The notes: generated by a model not told the origin, from the letters alone. Shown: positions 1-12,272, numbered from the stretch's first letter. The stretch is DNA of 64,000 nucleotides from Sphaerodactylus townsendi (GCF_021028975.2 NC_059427.1:16864001-16928000); one strand, 5' to 3'. Program-made: numbers and translations.

Positions 1-303
1 TTTAAAAACACAATACCATGAAGAAAAATTTAGCTGCCTTAATACTCTTTCACTCAAAACACTTTTCCAAAAAAAAGTCTTCTCAGTTCCACTTCCAAGT
101 TTTCTTGCTTTCCAGTTTTCTTTTCATTTAGTGAGGCCAGAAGCCATCTTCTTCCTTACTCAAACCCAATTGATTGGTCGGTAGCAGCCTCTTCAGCAGG
201 GGCTGCTGCCAGTAGCACTTAAATTAATCCTGGAAACTAAAGCTGCCATGTCAAGTCAGAAACTTGGAAAAAATCTGAAAATAATTCAGAGGAGACAAGC
301 TTG

Positions 304-444
304 GGCCCCTTCCGCACACGCAAAATAATGCATTTTCAAACCACTTTCACAACTGTTTGCAAGTGGAGTTTGCTGTTCCGCACAGCTTCAAAGAGCACTG
401 AAAGCAGTTTGAAAGTGCATTATTCTGCATGTGCAGAATGAGCC
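304..444. mobile_element. Palindromic MITE, PIF/Harbinger-like
   Basis: ~40 bp imperfect terminal inverted repeats: ggccccttccgcacacgcaaaataatgcattttcaaac ... gtttgaaagtgcattattctgcatgtgcagaatgagcc; no ORF. Confidence 0.7.
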
Positions 445-979
445 TTGGTGTTTATCACCTCTTATGTCTTTCCAGCAAATTATCAAAGCAACTTAACTCC
501 AGTATTCAATATCCCAAGATGTCCTAAGTCAACTTCTTCTTCTCCTCATCCATTATTATTCCTTGTAAGAACAAAGTATGTAAATGAAGTTATTAAAATA
601 AGGATTTATTATTATTAAAAGCCTTTATATGTACTTTTCTCATCAACCATGGCATTTTACTCACTCTTCCCCTCAAAATTGGGGGGGGGGGGAACCCATG
701 ACCCTCAGATAATGGACAATTATAATTTTAAAAAGAGAGAAATGAACAATACAGTTATAATGTTCCTTCAAATTAATACCTGATAGATTGTATTGCTCAA
801 AAACCGAAACTGCTAAAGGGCCTTCTGAAGATGTCTTACACTTACAAACTGTAAAGGGGCCCTTCTGTACATCCTTGGGGGCGGGCGTTGCAAAATACTG
901 GGAGCTGAAATCGAAAAAGAATGAACCTGGGCTGCAGCCAAAAGGGCCACTCAAAGGAGGGGCCTCTGCAAAATCCCCA

Positions 980-1119
980 GGCAGATTCCGCATGGATCAA
1001 AAACAGCAGTGTGAAACCGGTGTGAAACCGGTATAAAATGGTTTAAAACGGTGTAAAAGGGTTTACACTGTGTTCACACCGTTTTCACACCACTGTTTTT
1101 GGCCCGTGCGGAATCCGCC
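980..1119. mobile_element. Palindromic MITE, PIF/Harbinger-like
   Basis: TIRs ggcagattccgcatggatcaaaaacagcagtgtgaaa ... tttcacaccactgtttttggcccgtgcggaatccgcc, with an internal 10-bp periodic repeat (ggtgtgaaac variants). Confidence 0.7.
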
Positions 1120-3348
1120 CCAGAAACCAAGAAGCTCCTAACAACACTCCAGACACAGCAACTTTATTTTTAACCTCAGTGTAGGGCGAGCAATATGGAG
1201 AAAACCTCTTTCACTTGCCATAAGAAGCCACCGCAAGTGCGGAGAAGGGCTGCCTCAATCCAGAATGGCCCATTTGCTCCCTACGGTTCTGAAAGCCCTT
1301 GGAGAGTTGCAGGTGCATATGGAATCTCAGCTTGTGGATTCTGTGGGGCCAAACTTGAAATGCATCTTGCAAAAAAAAAAAGAATTAAAGCAGATGTTCT
1401 TTTTACTTTTCACTAACAAATTATACATCAATATAGAATTTAGTAATACAACAAACCCATGATCTTATTCATGTTTTAATAATTAACTTTCCCCCTCGTT
1501 CATGGCTTGTCAACCCAAGTACATTTCTTTCCTCTCGTGGGTGACCCAGGAAGTCTCCAGGTGAACTCTTGGTGCACTGGCCTCAAAGATGAAGATCCCA
1601 AGAAAAATCCCCACTAGACAAACACAGCCCTGAAACAATAACTTTTAAAATGTACGATTCAGAAGGAAAGTCTCCCTCCCTTCCAAGTTCCCATTCAAAC
1701 ATCATAGTTATCTTAAACAAGATGTTAAGAACCTATAATTAAATTTCAAGGTCCCAGCCAGGCAGCCTTACTGCTTTCTGTTTTCCATTCATTCTCCAAC
1801 TTTCCTGGCTCATTCCATTCCTATGTAGGGTTACATACAGAGACCTCACTAACCACTAGAAACCACTGTCCTAGTTCCTTTAACTATCTGTCCTGAAATC
1901 TGCACATTTTAATACAGCAGTTTTACAAGGCCTAGTGATCAGTGGGATTTAAATCCTATTGTTTTATTACACTGCCTTACATTGCTATAATTTGGTATTT
2001 GCATTTTTCAGTTGGTAATTCTCTTGATTGATCATGCATTTTGAGTTTCACACTGCCAAGGTTACCCAACAGATTTGAGGTGGGGGGTATCATTGTTGAA
2101 TTTAGTTTCAGAAGATAACCATGTTGGTTTGGAATAAAACAGCTCCCTTGGTCAGATAGGGGTAGGAAGGGAATCCAGTGCTAATTTTTATAATAGTTTG
2201 AATTATTGCTGACTTTTTAATCTAACTGGGATCTCCTTTGAAACTGTTTTGGACAAAAGATAGCATATAAATGGATGATAATATTAAGTCCACACATTTA
2301 TTTTTGGACTTCAATTATGGTGGAATAGAATCAAAGGCCTATAGTCCTTTTCTCCTTTTTAGAACCAAACTCTTGGCAAGTAATATCCTTAATCTGCCCT
2401 CCAATAGTTTCAAATTGCAAAGTTTTGAATATGGCCAATCATAGACATGGAGAAAGGGCCAATAGAAATCCTTCTCTGTTCAGAACATCCAGTGAGTTTC
2501 TGTTTTTTGGATAAGCTTAGCTATTCAAGGTTGCTGCTTCTTAACAGAAAATCACTGCTGGAAGGGCAAATTCATAGAACCAACACAAAAATTTTCAAAA
2601 AGCTTTCTGTTAAAATAGGATCTTTTCTTCCTAATGGAAGAATTGTATTATTCTTTATTGAAACAGAATATGCAATTTGGAGCCGGGCTTACACGAAGTG
2701 CAATTAAAATAGCTGGATGTCGCAGTCCTATTTTAAATTTCAAAGTGTTTAAAATAAAGAACAAAGTAGGTAGGCATTTTTTGCTGATTTGTCTACCAAC
2801 ATTTTTTTTAATGTCTCCATCTGGCAAGAAGACTGGTGTGGTCTGGCATTTTCCTTTACATGGGCTGGATTTTAAAGGTCAACTTTCTCCGACAAAAACT
2901 CAGGTTTTTAACAAATTAGTCAACTAGTGTATAACCGGCATATGAAACACTTCACAGTAAACCTGGCAAACGTTATATGCGCAGAAAAGGGGAGTATCCC
3001 CAACTTTCAGAGGCCATTTCGAATTATATTTAATTTCAAATTATATTTAATCTCCATTTGGATAGATAATTTACATTAAGCCGTAGCTTTTGGTTTAAGG
3101 GACTAATCTGTTCTTATCTGATGTGCAATGTGTAACTGCAGGTCGCCTCGAGGGCCTTCATTGGGCAGAACGGATCAAACGCTTCATTTCCCGATCCAAA
3201 AGTCGGTTTTGCAAAGCCTGCCATACTGAGCTCAGCGCTTTTGCAGTTTTATTGAGGAGCCCCTGGTTTGCTTTTTAAAGGGGGTCACCACTACGCCAAG
3301 CAAAATTGGGCTGTTTTAAATGATCGGTTCTTTCCGTGGCTTTTGTGT

Positions 3349-3364
3349 GGCTCTTAAAAGAGCC
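3349..3364 (-). terminator. Replication-dependent histone mRNA 3' stem-loop
   Basis: Minus strand AAAA-GGCTCT-TTTA-AGAGCC-ACACA, 45 nt after the H1 stop, followed by purine-rich GGAAAGAACC (HDE-like). Confidence 0.92.
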
Positions 3365-3408
3365 TTTTCAAATACTAGTTAATATTGCCTGCCTAATTCA
3401 TTGGAGCT

Positions 3409-3987
3409 TTACTTTCTTCTCGTTCGCTTTACTGGAGCGCTCCTATTTGATCCTGCGGGGTGGCTGTTGAGCGGATTCTTTTTCCCAGAATTGGCTGTGC
3501 TTCTCCTGTGCAGATTTCTCGGTTTGTTAGCCGGCGCCTGCTTCTTCTGGGCCTTCTTCTTTGGCGGCTCCCTGTTCACCTTGGGCGACTTCTTGGCTGC
3601 TGCTGCGGCCTTTGTCTTTTTTCCCGGCTCGGATTTGCCCGCCTTTTTCGCCTTGAAGGACTCCGAAGCCCCGGTGGTGCCAGCGACGCGGGTCAACAAG
3701 CCATGGGAGACCAAGGTGTTCAATTCTCTTTTGAGGCGGCGGCTGTTTCTGCGCAGGTTGTAACCCGCTTCGGTGAGCTGCTTCTTGAGGGCGGGCAAAG
3801 AAAGCCCTTTGCGGCCGGCGCAGCTCTCGACAGCCTGAAGGATCAGCTGAGACAACGAATAAGGCAGCTTCGTCGCTTTGTAGGAGGCGCTGCTCTTTCC
3901 TCGCTTCTTGGGAGAAGTAGACAAAACGGCCCTTGAAGTTTCTTCCTCTACAAGAAGAGCGTCGCCTAACTGCTCTCCCTGGGCCAT
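3409..3987 (-). CDS. Histone H1 (linker histone), divergent variant, 192 aa, intronless
   Basis: Winged-helix globular domain (LSQLILQAV..RKGLSLPALKKQLTEAGY..LKRELNTLVSHGLL..GASESFK), Lys/Ala-rich tail, downstream stem-loop, upstream TATA-like box. Confidence 0.9.
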   Translation of the reverse strand: MAQGEQLGDALLVEEETSRAVLSTSPKKRGKSSASYKATKLPYSLSQLILQAVESCAGRKGLSLPALKKQLTEAGYNLRRNSRRLKRELNTLVSHGLLTRVAGTTGASESFKAKKAGKSEPGKKTKAAAAAKKSPKVNREPPKKKAQKKQAPANKPRNLHRRSTANSGKKNPLNSHPAGSNRSAPVKRTRRK

Positions 3988-4052
3988 CCTCCTGCCTCAC
4001 CCGCAACCTGCCACCTGCTGTACGCTCTGCTCGGAAGGGCGCCGCGCAGTGC

Positions 4053-4130
4053 CTAATATACCCCCGAGCCTGGCGTAAAAGGATCAATCTGCGGTTGTTT
4101 CTCCTTCTCCTCCCCGTCCCCCGCCCCCCC
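4053..4130 (-). promoter_or_regulatory. H1 promoter: TATA-like box and GC box
   Basis: Minus-strand TATATTAG ~70 nt upstream of the ATG; GGGCGG at ~4121-4126; CpG-rich context. Confidence 0.55.
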
Positions 4131-5771
4131 ACATCACTGGAAGCGGACCTTAAGTACTGCGGGTTTCAATCTGGTCCGATCCGAAGGCTGGGCGTTCTTT
4201 CTACCCCCAGAAGACTCATCCTCACTCAGCGGCCTGAGGGAGACGGGCTGGAAGACGGAGAGCCGTTCTTAGAGCGGAGGGCTCCGAGGACCAGTCTTTG
4301 AGGGCCTCGTTCAGCTGATTGTGGACCTGACGAAGCGGGCTGTGGGATCCCGAAACGCTTTACGCAGCCGCGTTTTTGTTTTATTTTGGAATTAACGTTG
4401 AAAAAATGTAACTCATTTACGATGGCGGGGGAGCCGTTAAATTGTGCCCCAAAGGTATATTTAACTAAAATATATTCCTGCTTAAACTATGCTCCTGCTT
4501 AATGTTATTTGAATTGTGTTGTTCACCGCCCGGAGCCCTTCGGGGATCGGGCGGTATAGAAATTGAAGAAATAAATAACAGCGGGATCCAAACGGATCCC
4601 TGGAATGCGGAACCTCTGGTGGTTTTTGTTGTTGTTTTTACAAATAGGAGTATCAAATCACATGACAAATCCAGGCCCACAGACTGAACCTTTAAAACCA
4701 CAGATCCAATGCCGGTACTTCGCGGCTCCGCAGTGGCAAGAAAAAATATAATGGATCCGAGGTACGGATTTTCATGAATTCATGGTTTTTAGATTGAAAC
4801 GAACGAAATAAAACCATCGGCATATTGTAGATCGTGTCTCAAGCCGCTTAGTCTTTCGGAAGGGGTCACAGCCCCCCCCCCCCCCGAATCGGATCAGATT
4901 GAAATTGTTCTGAATCTTCTGCTTAAAAGCGGACAGCAGTATACATGAATATAGCCAAAAAGGTAAAAGGCGGATTCAAACCAAGCGCGGCTCTCTGTGC
5001 ACAGGCGGGCTGTCAGAAGGGTGGGACGAGTATATAGGACGGGGTTTCCACACATGGGAAAGAAAGATCGGTCAATTCCCATTATGTTGCATGTGAAATA
5101 CCAGAATATCATGGGGCGTCGTTTGGACCCACCTTTTACCTTTTCCCTAAAATAATCAACACCCCTTCAGAAAATATCCAATGCGTATTCTCCATCAGTT
5201 GTTGGTAACAGACCTGTCTTCTAGGGATTAAGTTTATTTCGCCTTCCTAAATCATACCCATTCGCCTAGAAAACTAAGGAATACTTCTCAGTCTGAAAAT
5301 GAATAATCAGACGCGATTGGTTTTCGCCGAAAGCAAGCGCACGGCGCCCCAGACCGCTCCAAAAGATTTCGAAGAGAATGCAGTTTTTCCCCATCATAAT
5401 TAACAACAATAATAATGTCAGTGATAATAATAATAATAATCCGGAACTCATCCTAAAAGACTTACCGCGCCACAATTTTGCCTTCTTGCTTGCCACTTCC
5501 ATTCAAAAAAAAATGTTTTCAAAGAAGCTTGTAGAACTAACGTGGCCATGTGTAATGCAGACCCCAACGATACAATCCGATGCAGAGTTACGTCGGACTA
5601 AATAATCCACTGAAATCAACGAGTCCAATATTCTGCACAGGACTGTATTTAGAGGCTCACGCGATGCTTCCCTTTTGCGTACTCAAATTGCAGACGGGTT
5701 GAAGGACTCCAAAAACGTATCCTATTGGAAATGGGACTGGGATGCGCAGTCAAGTGGCAAGCCGATTGACA

Positions 5772-5890
5772 GACTCCATCGGGTTTTCAGGGCAGGACGT
5801 GCGTCAGAGATGGTTTGACCCAATGATCGAGATGGTCTCCCATCCATGTACTAACCAGGGCCGATCCTGCTTAGCTTCCGAAAGCTGATC
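5772..5890 (-). mobile_element. 5S rRNA-derived SINE fragment (5S head with Sauria-type tail)
   Basis: Reverse complement contains TCGGAAGCTAAGCAGGATCGGCCCTGGTTAGTACATGGATGGGAGACC, matching the 5S internal control region, then non-5S sequence. Confidence 0.7.
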
Positions 5891-6692
5891 CTATCATCTT
5901 ATTCATGTTGACATTTTTGAAAGGGAAGTTCCCTGTGACACAAGGCAGGGTGACATCATCTCTTGTTTTGGTCATACATTTTAAATTAGTCACATATGTA
6001 TTGTCGAAGGCTTTCACGGCCGGAATCACATAACTTGTGGTAACCCCTCACAGGTTTCCACAAAAGAATCATACGGTGGAACTGTTTCCAAAGAAGGGAT
6101 GACCTTGGACTAATTAAATCACCTCCCTGTAATGGAAGTCTTTCCCTCAGGAAAAACCTTTCATGAAGCATCCAGACCCACCACAGAGAAGCTTGCCAGG
6201 ACTAAAAGCCAGATGGCTGAAGTTCCCTGTCCACCTAAGACGGCCGCAGCCTCAGTCTAAGGACCTCTGTTTGTGCCTCTGGGTGGTTCTTTTGCTGAAA
6301 GGGCTGGGCGGATCTGAGTTTACATCTTGCTTCTAAAACCCTGTCATTAAAAAATGAATGGAAATGTGCATAACTTCTCTCCTCTTTTTAAAACTCATCC
6401 CTATACTTGCTTTTGTTTTCTCTGGGCTTCATGAGTGTTCCATGGATTGGTTAGTCGGATTGATAACAGCCTCGCAGTTATCAGAACACAGCCCTTCACG
6501 CGGTAGATTTGTTTTAAGATATGTACAATGTGAACAGTTCAGTAGCAAAAGTGGGCTTTGCTCAGGAGTGTGTAGTAGTTGCTTATCTATAGAGCGTATA
6601 GATCCCGGCAGTGAAAAACTGGAACGTTACAGTACAATTTGATAGATTGACAGCATGCAAAGTAGTAAGAAAGAAAAACTGCCACTTTGCTG

Positions 6693-6765
6693 TGTTTCTG
6701 CCCGGTTTCGAACCGGGGACCTTTCGCGTGTGAGGCGAACGTGATAACCACTACACTACAGAAAC
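6693..6765 (-). tRNA. tRNA-Val(CAC)
   Basis: 73 nt GTTTCTGTAGTGTAGTGGTTATCACGTTCGCCTCACACGCGAAAGGTCCCCGGTTCGAAACCGGGCAGAAACA; intact cloverleaf and A/B boxes; T5 terminator ~15 nt downstream. Confidence 0.97.
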
Positions 6766-7999
6766 CCAGACGTCTCCTGTCCTCGGACCGCTGTAGCTGA
6801 GGGGAAAACATGACTAGTATGACATCTGAGATGGTCAAAAAGGAATCTGCTGACATATTGTCTCTGTGGGTGAGTTGCTCTGATATGCTGCTTGTTTTCA
6901 ATGGGCGTTACAAGTGCATCTAAAATTACCCCTGGGGATCTTAAATTTAGTTTATGAACTGAGTCCTATCACTGGAAAATGGTTCAATTACTATTTGTTT
7001 GTCCAATCAATTTAACTGAGGTTTGTGTGAGTGTCATTGGGTCAAATTACAAGATACTTTGCATGCTGAAGAATATTGTGAAACTAACGTTTATCCCAAG
7101 CCACACTGTGATCTCTCTATTAGTGATCCATATTCAAGGAAACCAAGGAAGGGTTCCTTTATTATCTGCACAAAGGGTGGTGGTGGTGGTGTTTTGGATT
7201 AAAAAGACCCTCTTGGCATTCTTAATCTATCCCCATCTCACAGTCTGGTTACTGCATGAATGTGTGCATGTTTCCAATGGTAAAGACACTTAAACAGCAA
7301 TCTTAAGCAAGTCTGCTGGGAAGTAAATCTTATTTTATTCAGTGGGGCTTCCACACAGGAAACTGTTCTTAGGATTGTGGAGAGTAGCCATGTAGCAAAA
7401 TAATACACAACTCCAGTGACTTCTGTTTTATTTTATTTTTGAGACTATGCGCCTTTCCTCTTGCATCTCACAATGAAAAGGACCAGAGACTCAAAAATGA
7501 AAGCTGGGAATTCAGATAATCTGCTGTGCAGATTATCATATGCAATGATATAACTGATTGCTGATTTTCTGACTTTTTTTAAAAAGACCCTTCTGGCAGG
7601 AAAGACAATGATGTCATGGGGACAGAGGCGGGGAAAATGACTACCATGTGGGCAGAATCCAGAAATGCCAAACTCTCCCATTCACACAGCAGCTATCCAA
7701 AGTTTGCAGCAATCATTCACAAAACTGTTCATCAAAGCCAAGGAAAGCACTGAATGTGCACAAATGCCACGTGCTGCTGTGAGAAAGTAGGAAAAGAATA
7801 CAGTTCCCAAAAACCATTGAACCCAGAGCAAATGATCTGTGTGGATTAGGCATAGGCTGCCAGGATTACAAACCCCTTTGGGTCATAATGGTTGGCACTG
7901 CTTAATGTCTGCACTTGATATTTACATCCACATTTGAAACTCTCATAACATGCACCCTGTGATGTATAAACGTGGATTTCTTTCACAGAGATCATATCT

Positions 8000-8220
8000 A
8001 GGTCTCCCTATGAAGCCCTCAGAGAGCATTACACTCAGATGCTTCCTACTTCCTAGTGGTCCCTGGCCCTAAAACTATCTGGCTGTGCTTAACCAGAACC
8101 AGGGCCTTTTTAGCCCTGGCTCCAAACTAGTGGAACTCTTTGTCAAGTGAAATCGAGCCCTGCAGGATTTAGTGCAATTCCACAGGACTTGTAAGACAAA
8201 GATCTTCCGGCTGGCATATG
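8000..8220 (+). mobile_element. Degenerate L2 LINE 3' fragment
   Basis: Similar to the L2 at 58740-59502 (accagggcctttt..gccctggctcc..tggaactct..gccctgcagga). Confidence 0.55.
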
Positions 8221-8336
8221 ACTGAGAACAGTGATGGTGGAAGTCAAAATCTGGTCTTCCCCTCTTACCACTTCTCCTCCTCTGTTTCTCGTGATGGATT
8301 CCTTCCTGTTTATGTTAACTGTGTGGCTGCCAGTGG

Positions 8337-8894
8337 CTGAGGCGTTCCTCCCATTGAGCAAAGTGGGCAGCTGCTCAGGGCGCCACCTTGTGGTGGACGA
8401 CAAAATTACAGGTTCGTTTGTGGGGGATTTTGTATTTTCAATTTCTTTTCCGTTTTTGGCCTGCAGGGGGCACAGATTTTAGGCTAGCAGCACCAAAATT
8501 TCAGGGATTTTTTGGGAGACTCTCCTGATGATATGACCTGGGTTTGGTGAGGTTTGGTTTAGGGAGTCCAAAGTTATGGACTCCCAAAGGGAGTGCCCCA
8601 TCCCCCATTGTTTCCAATGGGAGCTAATGGGGGCTACATCTTTGATGGTCCATAACTGGACCCCCTGAACCAAACTTCACCAAGCCTGGGTGGTATTATC
8701 AGTAGGGTCTCACAAAGATACTCTGAAATTTTGGTGCTGCTATCTTAATAATTGCACCCCTGACAACAGGCACCTCCTACATTTCCCCAGATTCTCTTTT
8801 TAAATCCACTCCCTTCCTGCCAGTGCTTGTTTTCTTTCATTCTTTTATTCTCTCAATGCCTAATAAAGGTTGTTGTTGTTGTTGCTGCTGCTGC

Positions 8895-8960
<66 letters not shown>

Positions 8961-9570
8961 ATCCACCCCCTTCCGCATGGATTTAAAGGAAGAATCTGAG
9001 GTCCCCAGTTTTAACATTGAAAGGGATGCTGTTTCAGGGTGGGGGAGAATCCACCCCAAAATAGCATCCCTTTCAATGTTATTTAAACTGGGGACCCCAG
9101 ATTCTTCCTTTAAGGTGGATTTAAAAGGAGAATCTGGGCTCCCTAGTTTAAACACCATTGAAAATGATGCTGTTTGGGGGTGGATTCCAGCATCACTTGT
9201 TTAAACTAGGGAGCCCAGATTCTCCTTTTAAATCCACCTTAAAAGGAGAATCTGGGGTTCCCAGTTTAAATAACATTGAAAGTGATGCTGTTTCCCGCAA
9301 CTGGGGGGATTGGATACAACACCATAAAATGATTTCATAGCAGTAATAAAACATTTTGAAAGCATTTTGAACATGTTTTCCAAAAATTATTTCTGCTGTG
9401 TGTCATGGCCCATTGCTGTGTTCAGATTTGTGAGTTGGGGGATGTTCTATAATGTGATGGTGACTTTGAAATGACCTGGTGGAAAAAAATCATTGTTTGG
9501 TGGCCACCCATGGGGGGAGCATCAAACTCAGGTTTTGCCCAGGGCTCCAGTTTGCCTAGGTACACCTCTG
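8337..9570. mobile_element. Non-autonomous hAT-type DNA transposon with internal repeat modules and a nested retroposon tail
   Basis: TIR CTGAGGCGTTCCT / AGGTACACCTCTG; imperfect 8-bp TSD gccagtgg/gccagtct; internal direct and inverted repeats. Confidence 0.65.
8869..8958. repeat. Compound microsatellite (GTT)n(GCT)n(ATT)n
   Basis: Directly visible; source of the spurious poly-Ile ORFs. Confidence 0.95.
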
Positions 9571-9671
9571 GCCAGTCTGGACCATCCTCCTGAGAAGATA
9601 TTTTCTTGGATTGAGTGGCAAAGTAAGAATGTCTACTAATATTGGTTTTTTTAATGTTAAATTGTGATTGT

Positions 9672-9960
9672 AAGAGCCAGCATGGTGTAGCAGTTAAAAG
9701 CAGGTGGATTCTAATCTGGAGAACGGGGTTCGATTCCCCACTCCTCCACCTGAGTGGCTGAGACTTACCTGGTGAACCAGATGTTTCCAGACTCCTACAT
9801 TCCTGCTGGGTGACTTTGGGCTAGTCACAGTTCTTGAGAACTCTCTCAGCGCCACCTACCTCACAAGGTGTCTATTGTGTGGAGAGGAAGGGAAAGGAGC
9901 TTGTAACATTGAGTCTCCTTACAGGAGAGAAAGGTGGGGTATAAATCCAAATTCTTCTTC
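9672..9960 (+). mobile_element. tRNA-headed squamate SINE (Squam3-like)
   Basis: A box tggtgtagcagtt, B box ggttcgattcc, shared body and (TTC)n tail; similar copies at 40990, 48104 and 59545. Confidence 0.8.
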
Positions 9961-10672
9961 TTAAATTGTTTATTGTTCTAAGTCAACTTGAGCCTTATTA
10001 GTATTAATATCCCACAAGACAATTATTTGAACATGCAGCATCAGCATTATCAGCATTATGGGTCATTTATAGACTTGTTTCTTGCTGAGACCCAGGATGA
10101 TATACAAAACATATCTAACATCAGCAAGGAGACTTCTGCAGAGATACAGCAGGGTAACATTACAGTCTGCAAGTTAATAACTGCTGAAGAGGTGGGGGAA
10201 ACTGTGGTAAGAAAAAATAATAAACAAGCATCAGGGCGAAGGACTGTGAAATTGTAAGAAGTTCAGTTGCCAACAATCTGGAGAGAGAGAAAATGTTTTG
10301 GCCAAGACGTTTAATGGGATGTTACTTCCGTTTCATGAAAAAAAGATTCACCTATCCATTTCCAAGCATTTGTTAGAGGGACAAGACTTTTCTTTTCTCA
10401 GGTTGTTGGCAACCCAAAAACTCAACAGGAGTCATTGCGAAGTTAGCTGACTATATTTATTTACGGCTTTCATGTCGTGTAAAGGGCTTTCATATTGTAT
10501 CCCAGGTCACAGAAGTCCCATTAGAGCACACTGCGATACAGAAAACGCCTGGGGCGCCACTTTTTCGGCAAATATGTGGATATATCGCAGCCACCAAAGT
10601 TTGCCGGGGAAGCACACAAGCGCCTTTAGAACAGGGAGGTGCGCAGAAATATCAATTAGAAGGCACCTTCCC

Positions 10673-10677
<5 letters not shown>

Positions 10678-10705
<28 letters not shown>

Positions 10706-10751
10706 CTTCTAATTGGTAATTCTGCGCATGTGTGTGTGCGTGCGCGCGCGC
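10678..10751. repeat. (TG)n plus an alternating purine/pyrimidine tract upstream of RACK1
   Basis: (TG)~13 at 10678-10703 and tgcgcatgtgtgtgtgcgtgcgcgcgcgc at ~10723-10751. Confidence 0.85.
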
Positions 10752-10814
10752 TCAGAAACTCATCCGTACAGTCAGCAAGGAAGCAGCCATGTTGTTGTAC
10801 GGTGCAGCGGACGC

Positions 10815-10872
10815 GATTGGGAGGGAGAGGCTATTTCCGTTTCCGGAAGTCCCTGCCGCTTCCTTTCTCTCG
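10815..10872 (+). promoter_or_regulatory. RACK1 core promoter: inverted CCAAT, ETS/GABP sites, TCT/5'TOP pyrimidine start
   Basis: gattgg; tttccgtttccggaagt; cttcctttctctc at 10859-10871, ~100 nt before the ATG; CpG island. Confidence 0.7.
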
Positions 10873-10918
10873 CTGGGCCTGGGCGAGCTGGCAGGGCCGA
10901 AGTGAGGGCCGTTGCTGA

Positions 10919-11203
<285 letters not shown>

Positions 11204-11355
11204 TAGAACGTGGCATGGAGAGTGTGAACTTTGCAGGGGAGAAATGAAGGGGTGTCCTATTCCGGTAGGTTGGGGGCGGGGGGCAGATCAGTGTGACACT
11301 TCTGTGTGGGAGAAAGACCTCTACCTGTATTGAGTGAGTGGACTCTTCCTCCATG

Positions 11356-11435
11356 GTCCCAGTGATTAAATCTGACACTGGTTTGCTGATCCACTTAGTG
11401 GGGTCTGAAGACATGTCCTGCAATTATGATGGGAC
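11356..11435 (+). ncRNA. SNORD96: Box C/D snoRNA SNORD96-like (5.8S rRNA Gm75 guide), RACK1 intron 1
   Basis: Terminal stem GTCCCA/TGGGAC; box C GTGATTA; guide TGTCCTGCAATT antisense to 5.8S AATTGCAGGACA; box D ATGA. Confidence 0.88.
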
Positions 11436-11896
11436 AAGAGAGGAGACGGGAACAGGAAAGAGGTGGTCGTCCTCCTTACTGGGATTCTCCCCACACTGGT
11501 CTGCAAGACACCTTAGCGCTTCTCCTTGACTTGCTTGTTATCTAGGCATATTCAATTTAAAAAAATAGGGTAGCATTTTGTTGGGTGAATCTGGGCTTGT
11601 AGTCTTAAGCGGTGCAGCCCAAACACAGGTTTGGCCACTTCAGTGAGAACTAGATCACGGCTGCAGAAGAGCAGTGGGGGAAAGGGAGGCTCTTTCTTAG
11701 GTCAAAGCTGTGGGGTAGAATATGTTGTTTGCTTCCAGAAGCTACAGAGTTCAAAATGTGGTTTTTCCAGCTAAAGAAAGATGCTGCCTGGGATCCTGGA
11801 TAGCTGTTGCCGCTCAGACAGAACAGAAGTAGGGGAACCAGCCCTCTCACTAGGTTTATGGCACCTTTCTGTGTTCATACCTGTTCAGATCAGTGA

Positions 11897-12100
<204 letters not shown>

Positions 12101-12272
12101 TGAGTGCAGGCTGGGGAGAAAGGAAACGGGACCCTGGCACTCTTCTCTTGGCAGAATAGCCAGTTTCCCTCTCTTGATGTCCATTGCTCCTTCCATGCTG
12201 GACTCGTGCTTAATGTCTGGGGGATTCCTTCCTTGCTGGTTTGGGATCGGTGTTTCTTTTTGCTTCCTCTTG

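Noticed and set aside
3401-4301. Long overlapping ORFs around H1 (3401-3763, 3460-3936, 3527-4132, 3933-4301)
   Set aside because: Alternative-frame or antisense shadows of a GC-rich histone gene and its CpG island; no recognisable domains
5772-5890. 5S rRNA gene
   Set aside because: Only a diverged part of 5S, fused to a SINE tail
8827-9340. Poly-Ile ORFs and regularly spaced repeats that could suggest an array
   Set aside because: Microsatellite and internal repeats of a DNA transposon; no repeat-spacer structure, and the DNA is eukaryotic
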